Positions 19,513 to 29,691 are shown, counted from the stretch's first letter. The stretch is DNA of 64,000 nt from Candidatus Bathyarchaeota archaeon (GCA_963707955.1 OY970176.1:128001-192000), one strand, 5' to 3'. The notes: generated from the sequence alone by a model not told the origin. A program made the numbers and translations.

Positions 19513-19923
19513 TTGAGTTTTGTCAAAGTCGCTGAGACTTCGGAGATTCCTCTGGGCAAGATGAAGCACGTTGAAGTAAACGGAAAAGAGATGATGCTCG
19601 CAAACGTGGATGGCAAAATCTATGCAACAAGTGACCGATGCAGTCACATGAACGCGAGGCTTTCTATGGGCACTTTGGACAAGAACATCGTGACTTGTCC
19701 CCAACACTTCTCACGATTTGATGTGATTACGGGGAAAATGGTCTCGGGGCCAGTAGAAATGACAGGCAGAGCAAACATATTTGAAAAGTGCCCCGAAGAA
19801 GTCCAGAAGACCATATCGCAATTGGTCCAACGTCAAAGAGAAATACAAAAGTTTATCAAAACCTATGATCAGCCCACCTACGAAGTAAAGGCAGAGGGCA
19901 ATGACATCTTGGTAAGAGTTTAA
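19513..19923 (+). CDS. Rieske [2Fe-2S] ferredoxin with helical insertion
   Basis: CSH...CPQH, FDVITG. Confidence 0.88.
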   Translation: MSFVKVAETSEIPLGKMKHVEVNGKEMMLANVDGKIYATSDRCSHMNARLSMGTLDKNIVTCPQHFSRFDVITGKMVSGPVEMTGRANIFEKCPEEVQKTISQLVQRQREIQKFIKTYDQPTYEVKAEGNDILVRV

Positions 19924-19938
19924 GGTTAATGTGATGAC

Positions 19939-20571
19939 ATGAGAATCGCCGTTTTTGGCGCAACTGGGAACACAGGCATACGACTCGTCGAACAGGCACT
20001 TGCAGCCGGAGATTATGTTGTAGCTTATGTTCGTAATCCATCCAAGCTAAACATTAGCCATGAGCATTTGAAGGTTATTCAAGGCGAATTGACTGATGAG
20101 CCTTTGATCGAAAGTGCAGTAAGCGGGGCAGACGCGGTGATTAGTGCTCTCGGTCCAAGAGGCGATTCTAAAAACAAACCAATTACGCGCGGAATGCAGA
20201 GCATCATTACGGCCATGAAGAAACAAGGCATACGGAGACTAATCATAACTTCAACCCTTAGCGCTAAGGATCCAAACGACCCGCTGAATTTCAGAACCAA
20301 AGCTCTGGTCAACCTTGTTAAAGTCACGATGCATGATGCGTATGAAGAAATAGTCAGCGTCGCAGAAACGGTACGCGACTCCGATCTTGATTGGACCATC
20401 GTGCGTTTGACAATGCTTAACAATAATCCCAAATCTGGAAAAGTCAAAGCTGGCTATGTAGGCAAGGGCGAAGTGGGGACGTGGATTTCACGTGCAGATT
20501 TGGCCGATTTCCTGCTCAGACAAGTGCAGGATACGAAGTATCTGCGGCAAGCGCCTGCCATTAGCAATTAA
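19939..20571 (+). CDS. NAD(P)H-binding atypical SDR (flavin/biliverdin reductase B-like)
   Basis: GATGNTG, VRNPSK, LDWTIVR, ISRADLA. Confidence 0.88.
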   Translation: MRIAVFGATGNTGIRLVEQALAAGDYVVAYVRNPSKLNISHEHLKVIQGELTDEPLIESAVSGADAVISALGPRGDSKNKPITRGMQSIITAMKKQGIRRLIITSTLSAKDPNDPLNFRTKALVNLVKVTMHDAYEEIVSVAETVRDSDLDWTIVRLTMLNNNPKSGKVKAGYVGKGEVGTWISRADLADFLLRQVQDTKYLRQAPAISN

Positions 20572-20629
20572 TAGCGATTCAAAATAGCCGAGAAAAGCAC
20601 GAAGAACGATTGAAGGTGAAAAACAGACT

Positions 20630-20952
20630 TTTGTGAAAGTTGTGGAAACGTCTGAGATCCCTCTGGGACAAATGAAGGACTTCAAGTTCGTGTAAAAACA
20701 GATTTTGATTTCGAACGTAAAAGGTATTTATTACGTCGTCGGAAACATTTGCACACACAGGAATGGGGAACTATCAAAAGGAACACTTGAGGGAGACATG
20801 GTAACGTGCCCCAATCACAAAGCAAAATTCGACGTCACAACGGCAAAGTGGTCTCAGGCCCAAGGGTTCTCCTCATGCACCCAAAAATCAAAGACGAGCC
20901 TACTTACGCGGTGAAAGTTGAAGGAAAAGACATCCTACTGGAACACGACTAG
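20630..20952 (+). pseudogene. Degraded Rieske ferredoxin paralogue
   Basis: FVKVVETSEIPLGQMK, in-frame TAA at 20693-20695, CTH..CPNH, single-base frameshift near 20842, then KVVSGP..PTYAVKVEGKDIL to TAG at 20950-20952. Confidence 0.85.
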
Positions 20953-21118
20953 TTTTTTGTCTTGGTAAAGCGAACGGAACTGAAGTCAAAAGACCTGATT
21001 TGCAGCACTTTCATCTGCCCTCAAGATTTGGACGTCAAGTCAGCAGACTACCATAGCGCGGATCGCGTATTCCAGAATTCTCTTGGGAAGTAGCTTGTGC
21101 TACTCATTTTGCTCATCA

Positions 21119-21159
21119 ACCATATTTGGACCATATAGGATACCCGGAGGGGAGGGCGT
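21119..21159 (+). repeat. Dispersed intergenic repeat, copy 1 (core)
   Basis: ACCATATTTGGACCATATAGGATACCCGGAGGGGAGGGCGT; 33/42 aligned identities with the reverse complement of 52276-52316. Confidence 0.65.
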
Positions 21160-21472
21160 GAGCAAGCAAGCACCCACTCGAGCCCTAACGGTAGTCGTCA
21201 GAAAACGTCATGCCTGTCTCCTGAACAGAATTTAGGAATAAGCATGCGTGCGAAACGGCCACCAATGTCTGCGTAGCGGTCAAGGCCGACGCAAATCCGG
21301 TCTAATTCTGGGAGAACAGCAGGCTCACCGTGGCACTGAACGAGCAGAGAATCAGCATCATTTGGACAACAAGCCATCCGCCAAAACACGTATTAGATCA
21401 TGTGAGCAATCTGCCTCTTAAGCCAGGTGATATCTCGGCTCTTGCGCTTCAAGGTCAACGGAGGCAAAGGTC

Positions 21473-24121
21473 ATGGAAGTTGCGGGTGCATCCAAAAAGA
21501 AGGAAACGAAGAAGACACCGAGCCGGTCTCAATCAACCAGCCTAGATGAGATTCTGGCCTTGCCCGCCGAAGACGTTCTTGCAAGGTTGGGCACTTCTCC
21601 GTCAGGCCTGACCTCTCAAGAGGCAAGAAGCCGCCTTCAAACGTACGGCCCTAACGAACTTGCTCGGAGAAGAAAACGTACTGGCGCCATCGAGTTCTTC
21701 TACCACCTCAGGAATCCGCTTGTATTCATACTGCTTCTTGCCGGTGTGATCTCAATTCCTATTGGACAGATAACAGATGCCATAATCATATTCATAATAG
21801 TGCTCTTTAGTGTGGTTCTTGATGTCTATCAAGAGTCCAAGGCTGAAAAGTCCGCTGAGATGCTGCAGAAAAGGGTGGTCACAACCGCAACGGTCCTTAG
21901 AGACTCTGTCAAGACTGAAGTGAGGCTTTCCGAGGTAGTTCCAGGCGACATAGTCTATCTTTCTGCCGGAGATGTCGTGCCGGGTGACTCGAGGTTGATA
22001 AGCCTGAAGGACCTGTACGTGGACCAGTCAGGATTGACAGGCGAGTCGTTCCCAGCGGAAAAAGCGGTGGCAGCACCGGCAACGCCTAAGGGTGCAACGA
22101 TCACCGAAGCAGATAACCTCGTGTTCCTAGGAACCTCGATCGTAAGCGGAACTGCAACCGCGGTTGTAGTGAGAACCGGGGGCTCAACCGAGTACGGAAA
22201 AATCGCAAAAGAGCTCGTTGCAAGAGCACCTGAAACGGAATTCGAAAGAGGGCTTAGGAGATTCGGTTTTCTCATAATGGAAGTCGCCTTGGTTCTCGTC
22301 ATATTCATTTTCTTCGTAAACGTCTTCCTCAAACCAGTGTTTTTGGGCGCGCTCGGCCAATCAGACGTTCTAACATCCCTTCTATTCGCCGTGGCCATTG
22401 CAGTAGGGCTGACGCCTGAACTTTTGCCCATGATAGTTTCGGTGAACCTTTCAAAGGGAGCCCTCGAAATGTCGAAGAAGGACGTCATAGTCAAGCGTCT
22501 GGCGTCCATTCAGAATTTCGGGAACATGGATGTCTTATGCACTGACAAGACAGGTACGCTAACGCAGAACATGATTACGCTTACTCTGCACGTTGATATG
22601 GAAGGAAGAGACGATGAAAAAGTGCTGTTGTATGCCTTCGTTAACAGCTACTATGAAACGGGGCTGAAGAGCCCTCTTGACGATGCTATACTTCGGTACA
22701 AGCAATTGGATGTGAAGAACTTCGACAAAGTGGACGAAGTGCCATTCGATTTCATAAGAAGGCGTGTCTCCATCGTTGTCGAACATGAAAACGCGCGATT
22801 AATGATCACTAAGGGAGCCCTTGAAGAAATTGCCGATGTGTGTACGAAGTTTGAATTTGGAAACGAGATAACTCCCTTGACAAGTGAAGAGCAGAAGAGA
22901 ATGAAGGACAACTATAACAAGTTAAGCTCACAGGGGTTCAGAGTTATCGGAGTCTCCTACAAATGGGTCGAAGAAAAATCAACCTATTCCGTGAATGATG
23001 AGACGAACATGATTTTCTTGGGCTTTGCAGCTTTTATGGACCCACCTAAAGAGAGTTCTAGAGAATCGCTACAGCTCTTAAAAGAAGCTGGAATAGAGTT
23101 GAAGATTCTTACCGGTGATAATGAGCTAGTCACCAAGAAAGTCTGTGAACAGCTCGGATTCGAGATCAAAGGGGTTGTTCTCGGAAACGATGTTGCTAAG
23201 GTTCAAGATCATGCTCTTGCAAGAATTGTGGAAGGAGCCAACGTCTTTGCAAGGGTTAGCCCAGCCCAAAAGGATAGAATCATGAGCGCTTTGAAAAGGA
23301 ATGGACACGTCGTTGGTTTTCTCGGAGACGGAATAAACGATGCAACGTCAATGCATACAGCAGACGTTGGGATATCCGTTGAGAACGCCGTTGACGTTGC
23401 CAAGGAGTCAGCTGACATCATATTGCTGCACAAAGACCTGACGGTGTTGGGTGCGGGGGTTCTTGAAGGTAGAAAGACTTTCGGTAACACGATGAAGTAC
23501 ATTTTGATGGCCATTAGCTCGAATTTCGGAAACATGTTCAGCGCCGCTGGAGCATCCATGTTCCTGACATTCTACCCAATGCTTCCAACACAAATACTTC
23601 TTAACAACATGCTGTACGACGTGTCCGAGGTGACCATCCCAACAGACAACGTCGACAAAGAATACATCCAAAAACCAAAGAGACTAGATACTACTTATAT
23701 AAGGAATTTCATGCTTTTCTTCGGACCGATAAGCTCGATCTTCGACTTCTTAACATTCCTCATCATGTTTCAAGTTTTCAGCATGTACACTCCAAACTAT
23801 TTCCATTCGCTGTTTCAGACGGCCTGGTTCATCGAGTCCTTGTGCACGCAGACGCTAGTCATATTTGCAATAAGAACAAGGAAGTCACCCTTCTACAGAA
23901 GCAAACCGAGCAAGCCTTTATTGGTGACAAGCATAGCGATCGTCGGCGTAGCTCTAGTCTTGCCTTTCACACCATTAGGTGGCCTGTTTGGATTTGTCGC
24001 ACCTCCGCTCAAGTTCTTCCCGTTCCTAGCAGCTTTCATCGTGGCCTACTTAACACTAGTGGAGTCTCTGAAAAGGGTGTTCTACAGGCGGTACGCCCAA
24101 CGCCTAGAGCATTACGCGTAA
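21473..24121 (+). CDS. mgtA: Mg2+-translocating P-type ATPase
   Basis: TGES, VGLTPELLP, DKTGTLT, GDGIND, SSNFGNMFS, FQTAWFIESL. Confidence 0.93.
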   Translation: MEVAGASKKKETKKTPSRSQSTSLDEILALPAEDVLARLGTSPSGLTSQEARSRLQTYGPNELARRRKRTGAIEFFYHLRNPLVFILLLAGVISIPIGQITDAIIIFIIVLFSVVLDVYQESKAEKSAEMLQKRVVTTATVLRDSVKTEVRLSEVVPGDIVYLSAGDVVPGDSRLISLKDLYVDQSGLTGESFPAEKAVAAPATPKGATITEADNLVFLGTSIVSGTATAVVVRTGGSTEYGKIAKELVARAPETEFERGLRRFGFLIMEVALVLVIFIFFVNVFLKPVFLGALGQSDVLTSLLFAVAIAVGLTPELLPMIVSVNLSKGALEMSKKDVIVKRLASIQNFGNMDVLCTDKTGTLTQNMITLTLHVDMEGRDDEKVLLYAFVNSYYETGLKSPLDDAILRYKQLDVKNFDKVDEVPFDFIRRRVSIVVEHENARLMITKGALEEIADVCTKFEFGNEITPLTSEEQKRMKDNYNKLSSQGFRVIGVSYKWVEEKSTYSVNDETNMIFLGFAAFMDPPKESSRESLQLLKEAGIELKILTGDNELVTKKVCEQLGFEIKGVVLGNDVAKVQDHALARIVEGANVFARVSPAQKDRIMSALKRNGHVVGFLGDGINDATSMHTADVGISVENAVDVAKESADIILLHKDLTVLGAGVLEGRKTFGNTMKYILMAISSNFGNMFSAAGASMFLTFYPMLPTQILLNNMLYDVSEVTIPTDNVDKEYIQKPKRLDTTYIRNFMLFFGPISSIFDFLTFLIMFQVFSMYTPNYFHSLFQTAWFIESLCTQTLVIFAIRTRKSPFYRSKPSKPLLVTSIAIVGVALVLPFTPLGGLFGFVAPPLKFFPFLAAFIVAYLTLVESLKRVFYRRYAQRLEHYA

Positions 24122-24414
24122 CAGTCCTAGGCCAAACGGAAGTCGTGTTGCCATGCTTCACGGCGCTCACGTTCCCTTCCTTGGCTTCGAAAAAGCGGAG
24201 ATTGAGCGCACAAGAAAAACCTATTCCAGTGTGTAGTTGACGCGTCACCAAGAAACAAGGGATATGCTTCTGTATAAGTATTAACCGTGAAGAAACATGC
24301 GGAATCAGTCACGAATGTATTTTGAGCTCGGAATCCCCGTGCTGACATGCCTTTCCAAGAAAGAGTCAGCATTACCATTGGAAACCTATAAATTCTTAAC
24401 GATAAGGAATAGGC

Positions 24415-24606
24415 GTGGTGAACGACAGGATAAAAGAATACTTGACTGCAGGGATTGCGCTAATAATCATCTCTCTAGGCAATTTCGCTTACATCGTGGT
24501 CCGGGTGTTATCGTATCCTGAAAGCGCGACCAACTTCAGACAGTCTCTTCTATGGTTGCTGCTTCAGTTTTCAGCTTCCTTGCTATGCGCTGTTCTCGGC
24601 GGATAA
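24415..24606 (+). CDS. Small two-TM membrane protein (possibly truncated)
   Basis: Hydrophobic 63-aa ORF with TATA-like CCTATAAA upstream; frame stays open after the TAA. Confidence 0.35.
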   Translation: MVNDRIKEYLTAGIALIIISLGNFAYIVVRVLSYPESATNFRQSLLWLLLQFSASLLCAVLGG

Positions 24607-24659
24607 CTTCTTGCTATTCATACGGAAAGGCAAAAAGCCTCAAGTCAATCGCCATTGTC

Positions 24660-24986
24660 CTAGGATTGCTCTGTCCAAGAGTACGAGCACTTTGTGCATC
24701 TGAAATGCTCCAATGTTCTTTCTCGCGCGATACCCGCGTGCTCGCCAAGAATTCCGGAGGACGAGCGGAACGCTTCCTTGTTTCCACATCTTGGACATCG
24801 ACGGGAAACCTTTGAATAGCCGCCTCCTGAGGGTCCGGACACATAAATGTACCCAGAATCATTTCTTTTCTTTTGCTTCCCCAGCGGCGTTTCAGACTTC
24901 GCGGGAATTACGATTCGGCACTTTGGACACAGAAAGCCTTCCTTTGTTCTGGTCATGCGGGAGCCGCATTTATCACAAAACTCCAT
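24660..24986 (-). CDS. TFS/RPA12-like double zinc-ribbon protein lacking the catalytic hairpin
   Basis: MEFCDKCGSRM..CPKC and CPRCGNKEAF..FRCTKCSYSW; QTRSADE is absent. Confidence 0.75.
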   Translation of the reverse strand: MEFCDKCGSRMTRTKEGFLCPKCRIVIPAKSETPLGKQKKRNDSGYIYVSGPSGGGYSKVSRRCPRCGNKEAFRSSSGILGEHAGIARERTLEHFRCTKCSYSWTEQS

Positions 24987-25080
24987 GATCATCCACGCAG
25001 TTGTTTCCAAAGAATAATGATAAAGGTTCCTTCAATACCTTTCTGATAGCGTGCGCTAACATGTGTGTTTAGTTGCGTTT

Positions 25081-25578
25081 CTAGGGAACCTTTTCAAAGG
25101 CCGATTTGGATGCGCCGCAGATTGGGCATGTCTCGGGCGGTTCGCGTTCGGAGATGTGGCCGCAGACCGTGCAGACATAGTAATCTGTAGAGCGCTGTGC
25201 TATCAAGTGGCTCAGAGCTCTTTTGTACAGGCTAGCATGCTCCGCCTCGACGTCCCGGGCCTGCGAGAAAACTGAAACGGCTGCCTCTTCACCTTCCTGT
25301 TCGGCTTCTTGGAGCATCCTCAGGTAGTAGACTCCGTTCACTGCGTTCTCTGATTGGAATGCTCTCTCCAGATTGGTCTGCGTGTCTGCAACGGACTCCA
25401 GCAAAGCGAAATGCCTGCGCGCATGGACGCCTTCAGCCGCAGCGACAGCCCTGAACAAGTGAGCTATCTGCGGTAACTCTTCCATTTCTGCTTTTTTTGC
25501 GAACATCAAAAGCCTTTGATAGGCCTTGGCTTCGCCGACGAAAGCCTCATGAACATTGTTTGAGGTTCTCTCTTTCAC
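25081..25578 (-). CDS. Rubrerythrin
   Basis: AFVGEAKA, AEGVHA, EAEH, CTVCG..CPICG; GTG start after GGAGG. Confidence 0.9.
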   Translation of the reverse strand: MKERTSNNVHEAFVGEAKAYQRLLMFAKKAEMEELPQIAHLFRAVAAAEGVHARRHFALLESVADTQTNLERAFQSENAVNGVYYLRMLQEAEQEGEEAAVSVFSQARDVEAEHASLYKRALSHLIAQRSTDYYVCTVCGHISEREPPETCPICGASKSAFEKVP

Positions 25579-25892
25579 GAGTAATCCTCCTTCTAATAGA
25601 TTGTTTTCCACGGGATAAGTTTTTGCACACCACTGCAGTGTGTGCACAGAGAATATGGCTAGCCGTTTTTGGGGCTGAGGCTGCCAACATGAAGAGTCCC
25701 GAAGAATAACCGAGAATGTTTTGTTTGAGAAACTGCTAGTCATTGGTCTTCAGGCCATTGTTGTCTAACGTCAGTCACGTATACAAGAAATCGGGCTTCT
25801 GAGTCTTAGCAGTTTTCAAAGAGAACGACTTTTTAAAAAGGCAACTTTGGGACGAGTGCAGAGTGGCGAAATTTGCCAAATTGCGAATTGTG

Positions 25893-26099
25893 TTAGTCGT
25901 ACTTTTTCAGTTTTATCATTTTCCTATAGTTTCTCAGGTCTGCGGCCACTTTCTTCAGCATGTATAGTTCTTCCATCGTGTTGTGGAAACTAGTGAATTC
26001 TTCGTGGATTTTTTGTACGACTGCGCTGTTTTGGTCCATGGCTTTGGTCTCCGCGGTTTGTGGTGCGCTGAGGGTTTTCATCGTTTTTTGGCTAACCAC
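25893..26099 (-). CDS. Small hypothetical protein
   Basis: 68-aa ORF behind a structured leader; TATA TTTTTATA on the minus strand at 26228-26235. Confidence 0.5.
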   Translation of the reverse strand: MVSQKTMKTLSAPQTAETKAMDQNSAVVQKIHEEFTSFHNTMEELYMLKKVAADLRNYRKMIKLKKYD

Positions 26100-26196
26100 T
26101 CAGCCATTTTCCGTCACTGAGGAGAAAGGAGAAGGCTTCGAGAACGGAAAAAAACCGTTTTGGCTTTCGTGGTTAGCCTTCAACCTTGAACCTCCA
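26090..26196 (-). ncRNA. Structured leader/sRNA candidate A
   Basis: Nested inverted repeats GGCTAACCAC/GTGGTTAGCC, AGCCA/TGGCT, TTTTCCGT/ACGGAAAA; shares TGGAGG, GAAAGCCA and TTCTCCTCAGTGA with 38493-38570. Confidence 0.4.
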
Positions 26197-26276
26197 GCAC
26201 ATCGTAAGACTTAAGAGTTGAGTCCTCTATAAAAACCTTGTTTAGTTAGAAAACATATGCCAATTTGAAAATGATG

Positions 26277-26831
26277 CTAGCCTATGGCCAAAATGCCTTC
26301 TAAAATCTTCTTTTCTGGAACGTCCAGCTGTTTCGACAGCCATGCTTTCAACATTGATGCTTCCTTAGGAAGCTGGCCGCTGTACGTGATGACCTGGTTA
26401 TCCTTTACTGCGTCTACTTGGAACGCTTTCTCTGCCTCTCGGTACATGAAAGACAATGTATGAGCCTGAGTAGCCATCGTCTGAAAGTCTTCCCACAGCT
26501 TGCATCGAAGAATCACCGGAGGCCCTCGGGTTTCTTTAACCTGCACGTTTTCGCTTTTTGTTCTTTCCAAGAGTTGCGGCGCGCCTGGCTGTGACTCTTG
26601 TGACGCAGAAAGGTAAGTGATGAGGTTTGTTATTTCGTTCTGCAACGTGGTCAATCGCTCCTCGACTTTTTCGACTTTTCCGCTAAGTTCGCCTGTGTCG
26701 CCCATCCTTTCTGTCACGTTGCCCAGTTCGTTGATCAGCCTGTCCAAGTCCTTTTCGTGCTCCTTGAGAACGTTGACAATGAAGTCAAGGGCTTCTAGGG
26801 CTTCATCCTTCGATGGAATCTTCTTCGACAT
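26277..26831 (-). CDS. Coiled-coil hypothetical protein
   Basis: Long heptad N-terminus plus a small globular C-terminus. Confidence 0.7.
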   Translation of the reverse strand: MSKKIPSKDEALEALDFIVNVLKEHEKDLDRLINELGNVTERMGDTGELSGKVEKVEERLTTLQNEITNLITYLSASQESQPGAPQLLERTKSENVQVKETRGPPVILRCKLWEDFQTMATQAHTLSFMYREAEKAFQVDAVKDNQVITYSGQLPKEASMLKAWLSKQLDVPEKKILEGILAIG

Positions 26832-27037
26832 CGCTGTTTCTCCGCTGTTTGGTCATCCTATTACACACCATGCTTTGTAAATAAACTTAGCGAATCCTCA
26901 AAATGTATCGTTGTGAAGAGCTACCTATCCTTATTAACAATAATGTGCAGCAGGTTGTGCTGAATGGAAGATCCCCCTGGAGAGAGTTAAAATATCGGTT
27001 TCTAGAGTCACTTAGGTGCTCGCTGGAAGGCGTATTC

Positions 27038-28459
27038 ATGCACGACACGTTGAACTTCTCTGGAAAAGAGGCCGTCCTCAAGTTCATCTTAGAAAACAAC
27101 ATAAAGATACTGAACCTATGCCACATTCCCGAGGAGGGGAGGCTGAAGACCCTTAGCTTTTCCACTGCAAATAAGGACAGGGTTCATGACATATTGGAGT
27201 TCGGCGAAAGGGTTGATGGCTCAAGCTTGTTTTCGTTTATTGACCCTGCGAAGAGTGACATTTACATATCGCCTCGTCTGGGCAAAGCTTTTGCAAACCC
27301 TTTTGCGACACTGCCAACGTTGAACATTTTGTGCGAGTATTTGGATGAGAATGGGAAACCGTTGAACATTGCTCCCGAAAACGTATTGGCTAAGGCCGAA
27401 GAAAAGCTTCGGTCTTCGAGCGGTATTGCCTTAAAAGCTTTGGCTGAGCTTGAATTTTACATAATTGCTGAAAGACAGACTGAAATGCTATTTCCAGGTG
27501 CACCAGACAAGAATTATCATGAATCCTCCCCCTTCGCAAGGTTTGAAGACATTCGAAACGAAGTCTTGGCCACGCTAGATGTCATTGGAGTACCGACTAA
27601 GTACGGGCATGGTGAAGTTGGCCGCGCAGTGGAAAGTGACGGCAAGATTTTGGAGCAGCATGAAATCGAGTTCGCACCGGAGAACCTCTCAGACATGGCT
27701 GACACGATAGCAGTGTCAAAGTGGGTTATCCGAAATGTCTGCCTGAGACACGGTGTGTCTGTCTCGTTTGTTCCAAAGATTGACTTGAACCATGCGGGAA
27801 GTGGAATGCACGTTCACATGTGCGCGCTGAAGGATGGGAAAAACATCGTTGTCAACCATGAAGGAGACGTCAGCATCGAAGCCCTGAGCATGATTGGTGG
27901 ACTGTTGAAGTTCGCTCCAAGCCTCGCAGCCTTCGGAAACCCAACCCCAGTATCGTACTTGCGCCTTATTGCGCGCAGTGAATCGCCCATGCACATCTGC
28001 TGGAGTGCGAGAAACCGTCTCGCCCTGATCCGGATACCTCTCTGGTGGAAGTTCAAGCAAAAAATCGGCAAGACTGAAAGTTGCCGAGAGACCTTCGAAT
28101 ACAGGGCTCCCGACGCCTTCGCTAATGCTCACCTGCTCTTTGCAGGATTAGCCATAGCCGCAAACTACGGGTTGGAAAACTCTAAGGAATCGCTGAAGAT
28201 CGCCGAAGACTTGCATGCAGACCCTGCGCGTCATGAAGAGAAGCGATTCCGGGTTTTGCCTCGCTCGTGTGCCGAGGCTGCAAAGAACCTTGCGAAAAAC
28301 AGAAAGTACTACGAAGCTAGTGGAGTCTTTCCGCGACCGCTGATTGACAAGACAATTTCAAAGCTGAACAGCTACAAGGATGGAAACCTGTGGAAGGAAC
28401 TTTCCAACAAACCAGAGGCAATGCAGAAGGCGCTATCGCAGTATTTACAATACGGCTAG
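27038..28459 (+). CDS. glnA: Glutamine synthetase-family protein
   Basis: DGSS, ELEFY, HGEVG, QHEIE, GSGMHVH, NR..IRIP, EYRAPD; ATG at 27038 chosen. Confidence 0.85.
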   Translation: MHDTLNFSGKEAVLKFILENNIKILNLCHIPEEGRLKTLSFSTANKDRVHDILEFGERVDGSSLFSFIDPAKSDIYISPRLGKAFANPFATLPTLNILCEYLDENGKPLNIAPENVLAKAEEKLRSSSGIALKALAELEFYIIAERQTEMLFPGAPDKNYHESSPFARFEDIRNEVLATLDVIGVPTKYGHGEVGRAVESDGKILEQHEIEFAPENLSDMADTIAVSKWVIRNVCLRHGVSVSFVPKIDLNHAGSGMHVHMCALKDGKNIVVNHEGDVSIEALSMIGGLLKFAPSLAAFGNPTPVSYLRLIARSESPMHICWSARNRLALIRIPLWWKFKQKIGKTESCRETFEYRAPDAFANAHLLFAGLAIAANYGLENSKESLKIAEDLHADPARHEEKRFRVLPRSCAEAAKNLAKNRKYYEASGVFPRPLIDKTISKLNSYKDGNLWKELSNKPEAMQKALSQYLQYG

Positions 28460-28480
28460 TTGTGCTGGCACCGTTAAGAA

Positions 28481-28507
28481 ATGCTTATATTTTAACTAAT
28501 AAGACAA
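28481..28507. repeat. attL candidate: core ATGCTTATA plus inverted arm CTAATAAGACAA
   Basis: Core 28481-28489 is identical to 38260-38268; 28496-28507 is an 11/12 inverted match to 38241-38252. Confidence 0.7.
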
Positions 28508-28553
28508 GAAACTTTATATCCTTCACTGACACATGTCTTATTCGTGAACAAAC

Positions 28554-29663
28554 ATGGAAAACTTGTCTAACGTCCAGACGTGGATAATGAAATGTTGCGG
28601 ACCACGATCACAAGAGACGTATCGGAAAGAGATTCGGAATTTCAGAAACTTTATACTCGCGCGCGGCGTTGACGTTGAAACTCTCAAAGACGAATACAGA
28701 AAAGCCAAGTACGCGGGCGAGATGGAGAAAGAGAAGTTTCTCGACCAAATACACGATCTTGTTGAAGTCTACGGTTGCCACATCAAAACCCTCGCGTACT
28801 CTTCGATGCATGAGGCACTAATCTTAAGCGTGATCCGCAGTTATCTAGTGAAAGGATGCGGCATGAAAGACGTTGAAGTGACACTGCCTAAACATGTTTT
28901 CGTCAAGTACCATAACAGAGACCTGAAGAAAGAGGATATTCGGAAAATCGTTGACCACGCGACATTGAGAGACAGAACCTTTTTCCTGATGATGGCCGAA
29001 AGTGGCATGAGACCTGAGACTCTTTGTGAACTCAGTTACGCCGACATTAAAGAAGAATTTGAAAGTGGCAAAGTGCCTATGAAAGTTGAGTTGCCTAGTC
29101 TCATTTTGAAAGACAATCCGAGCGCGCGATTCACTTTCATCGGCGAAGACAGTCTGCATTTTCTCAAGGAATACCTCGCGGGAAAGAAACTGTCAGACAA
29201 GGACTTGATTTTTTCGGCGATACGGCCAGCGAGTTTAACTGCAAACTTGCGCCCGAGCGCGTTTAGTAGTAGTTTCGGGAGGATCGCAACGCAGACAGGA
29301 CTAGCTGAAAGAGGCAAGAAAGGCGAACGGAAAGCGCCAAGACCGATTAGACTTTATGGGTTTCGGAAATATTTCAACAACAATATGAGGACAGATCGCG
29401 CTTACGTCGAGTTTTGGCTCGGACACACCGACGCAAAGCAACACTATGTCAGCAACGACGTTGAGGAACATCGGAAACGGTATTCCGAAGGTTATCCGTT
29501 CTTGAGGGTGTATGAGTCCGTCATTGACAACGCGTCAATCATTGAGGATCAGAAGAAGAAGATCAACAAGTTAGAAGAGCTGATTGTTGACATATCGAAA
29601 CAAATAGTAGAACAACAGAAACAGATTGACAGACTCGCGGAACTCGATGAGAAGAAAACCTGA
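28554..29663 (+). CDS. Tyrosine recombinase/integrase (Int1)
   Basis: SGMRP (R), YGFRKYF (variant HxxR), LGHT, HY (catalytic Tyr), coiled-coil tail. Confidence 0.9.
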   Translation: MENLSNVQTWIMKCCGPRSQETYRKEIRNFRNFILARGVDVETLKDEYRKAKYAGEMEKEKFLDQIHDLVEVYGCHIKTLAYSSMHEALILSVIRSYLVKGCGMKDVEVTLPKHVFVKYHNRDLKKEDIRKIVDHATLRDRTFFLMMAESGMRPETLCELSYADIKEEFESGKVPMKVELPSLILKDNPSARFTFIGEDSLHFLKEYLAGKKLSDKDLIFSAIRPASLTANLRPSAFSSSFGRIATQTGLAERGKKGERKAPRPIRLYGFRKYFNNNMRTDRAYVEFWLGHTDAKQHYVSNDVEEHRKRYSEGYPFLRVYESVIDNASIIEDQKKKINKLEELIVDISKQIVEQQKQIDRLAELDEKKT

Positions 29664-29691
29664 ACGGCTCAACCTTCCCTTTTCTTTCTAA

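Noticed and set aside
16484-26000. att duplication of the tRNA-Leu 3' end defining an island
   Set aside because: No second copy was found by eye and there is no integrase there.
26100-26102. Selenocysteine readthrough of the TGA directly before the 68-aa ORF
   Set aside because: No redox motif context or recognisable SECIS; a uORF stop or chance is simpler.
28460-28553. A duplicated tRNA-Ala fragment as attL
   Set aside because: No tRNA-like sequence lies at the left end and Int1 is not split as in SSV-type integration; the ATGCTTATA repeat fits better.
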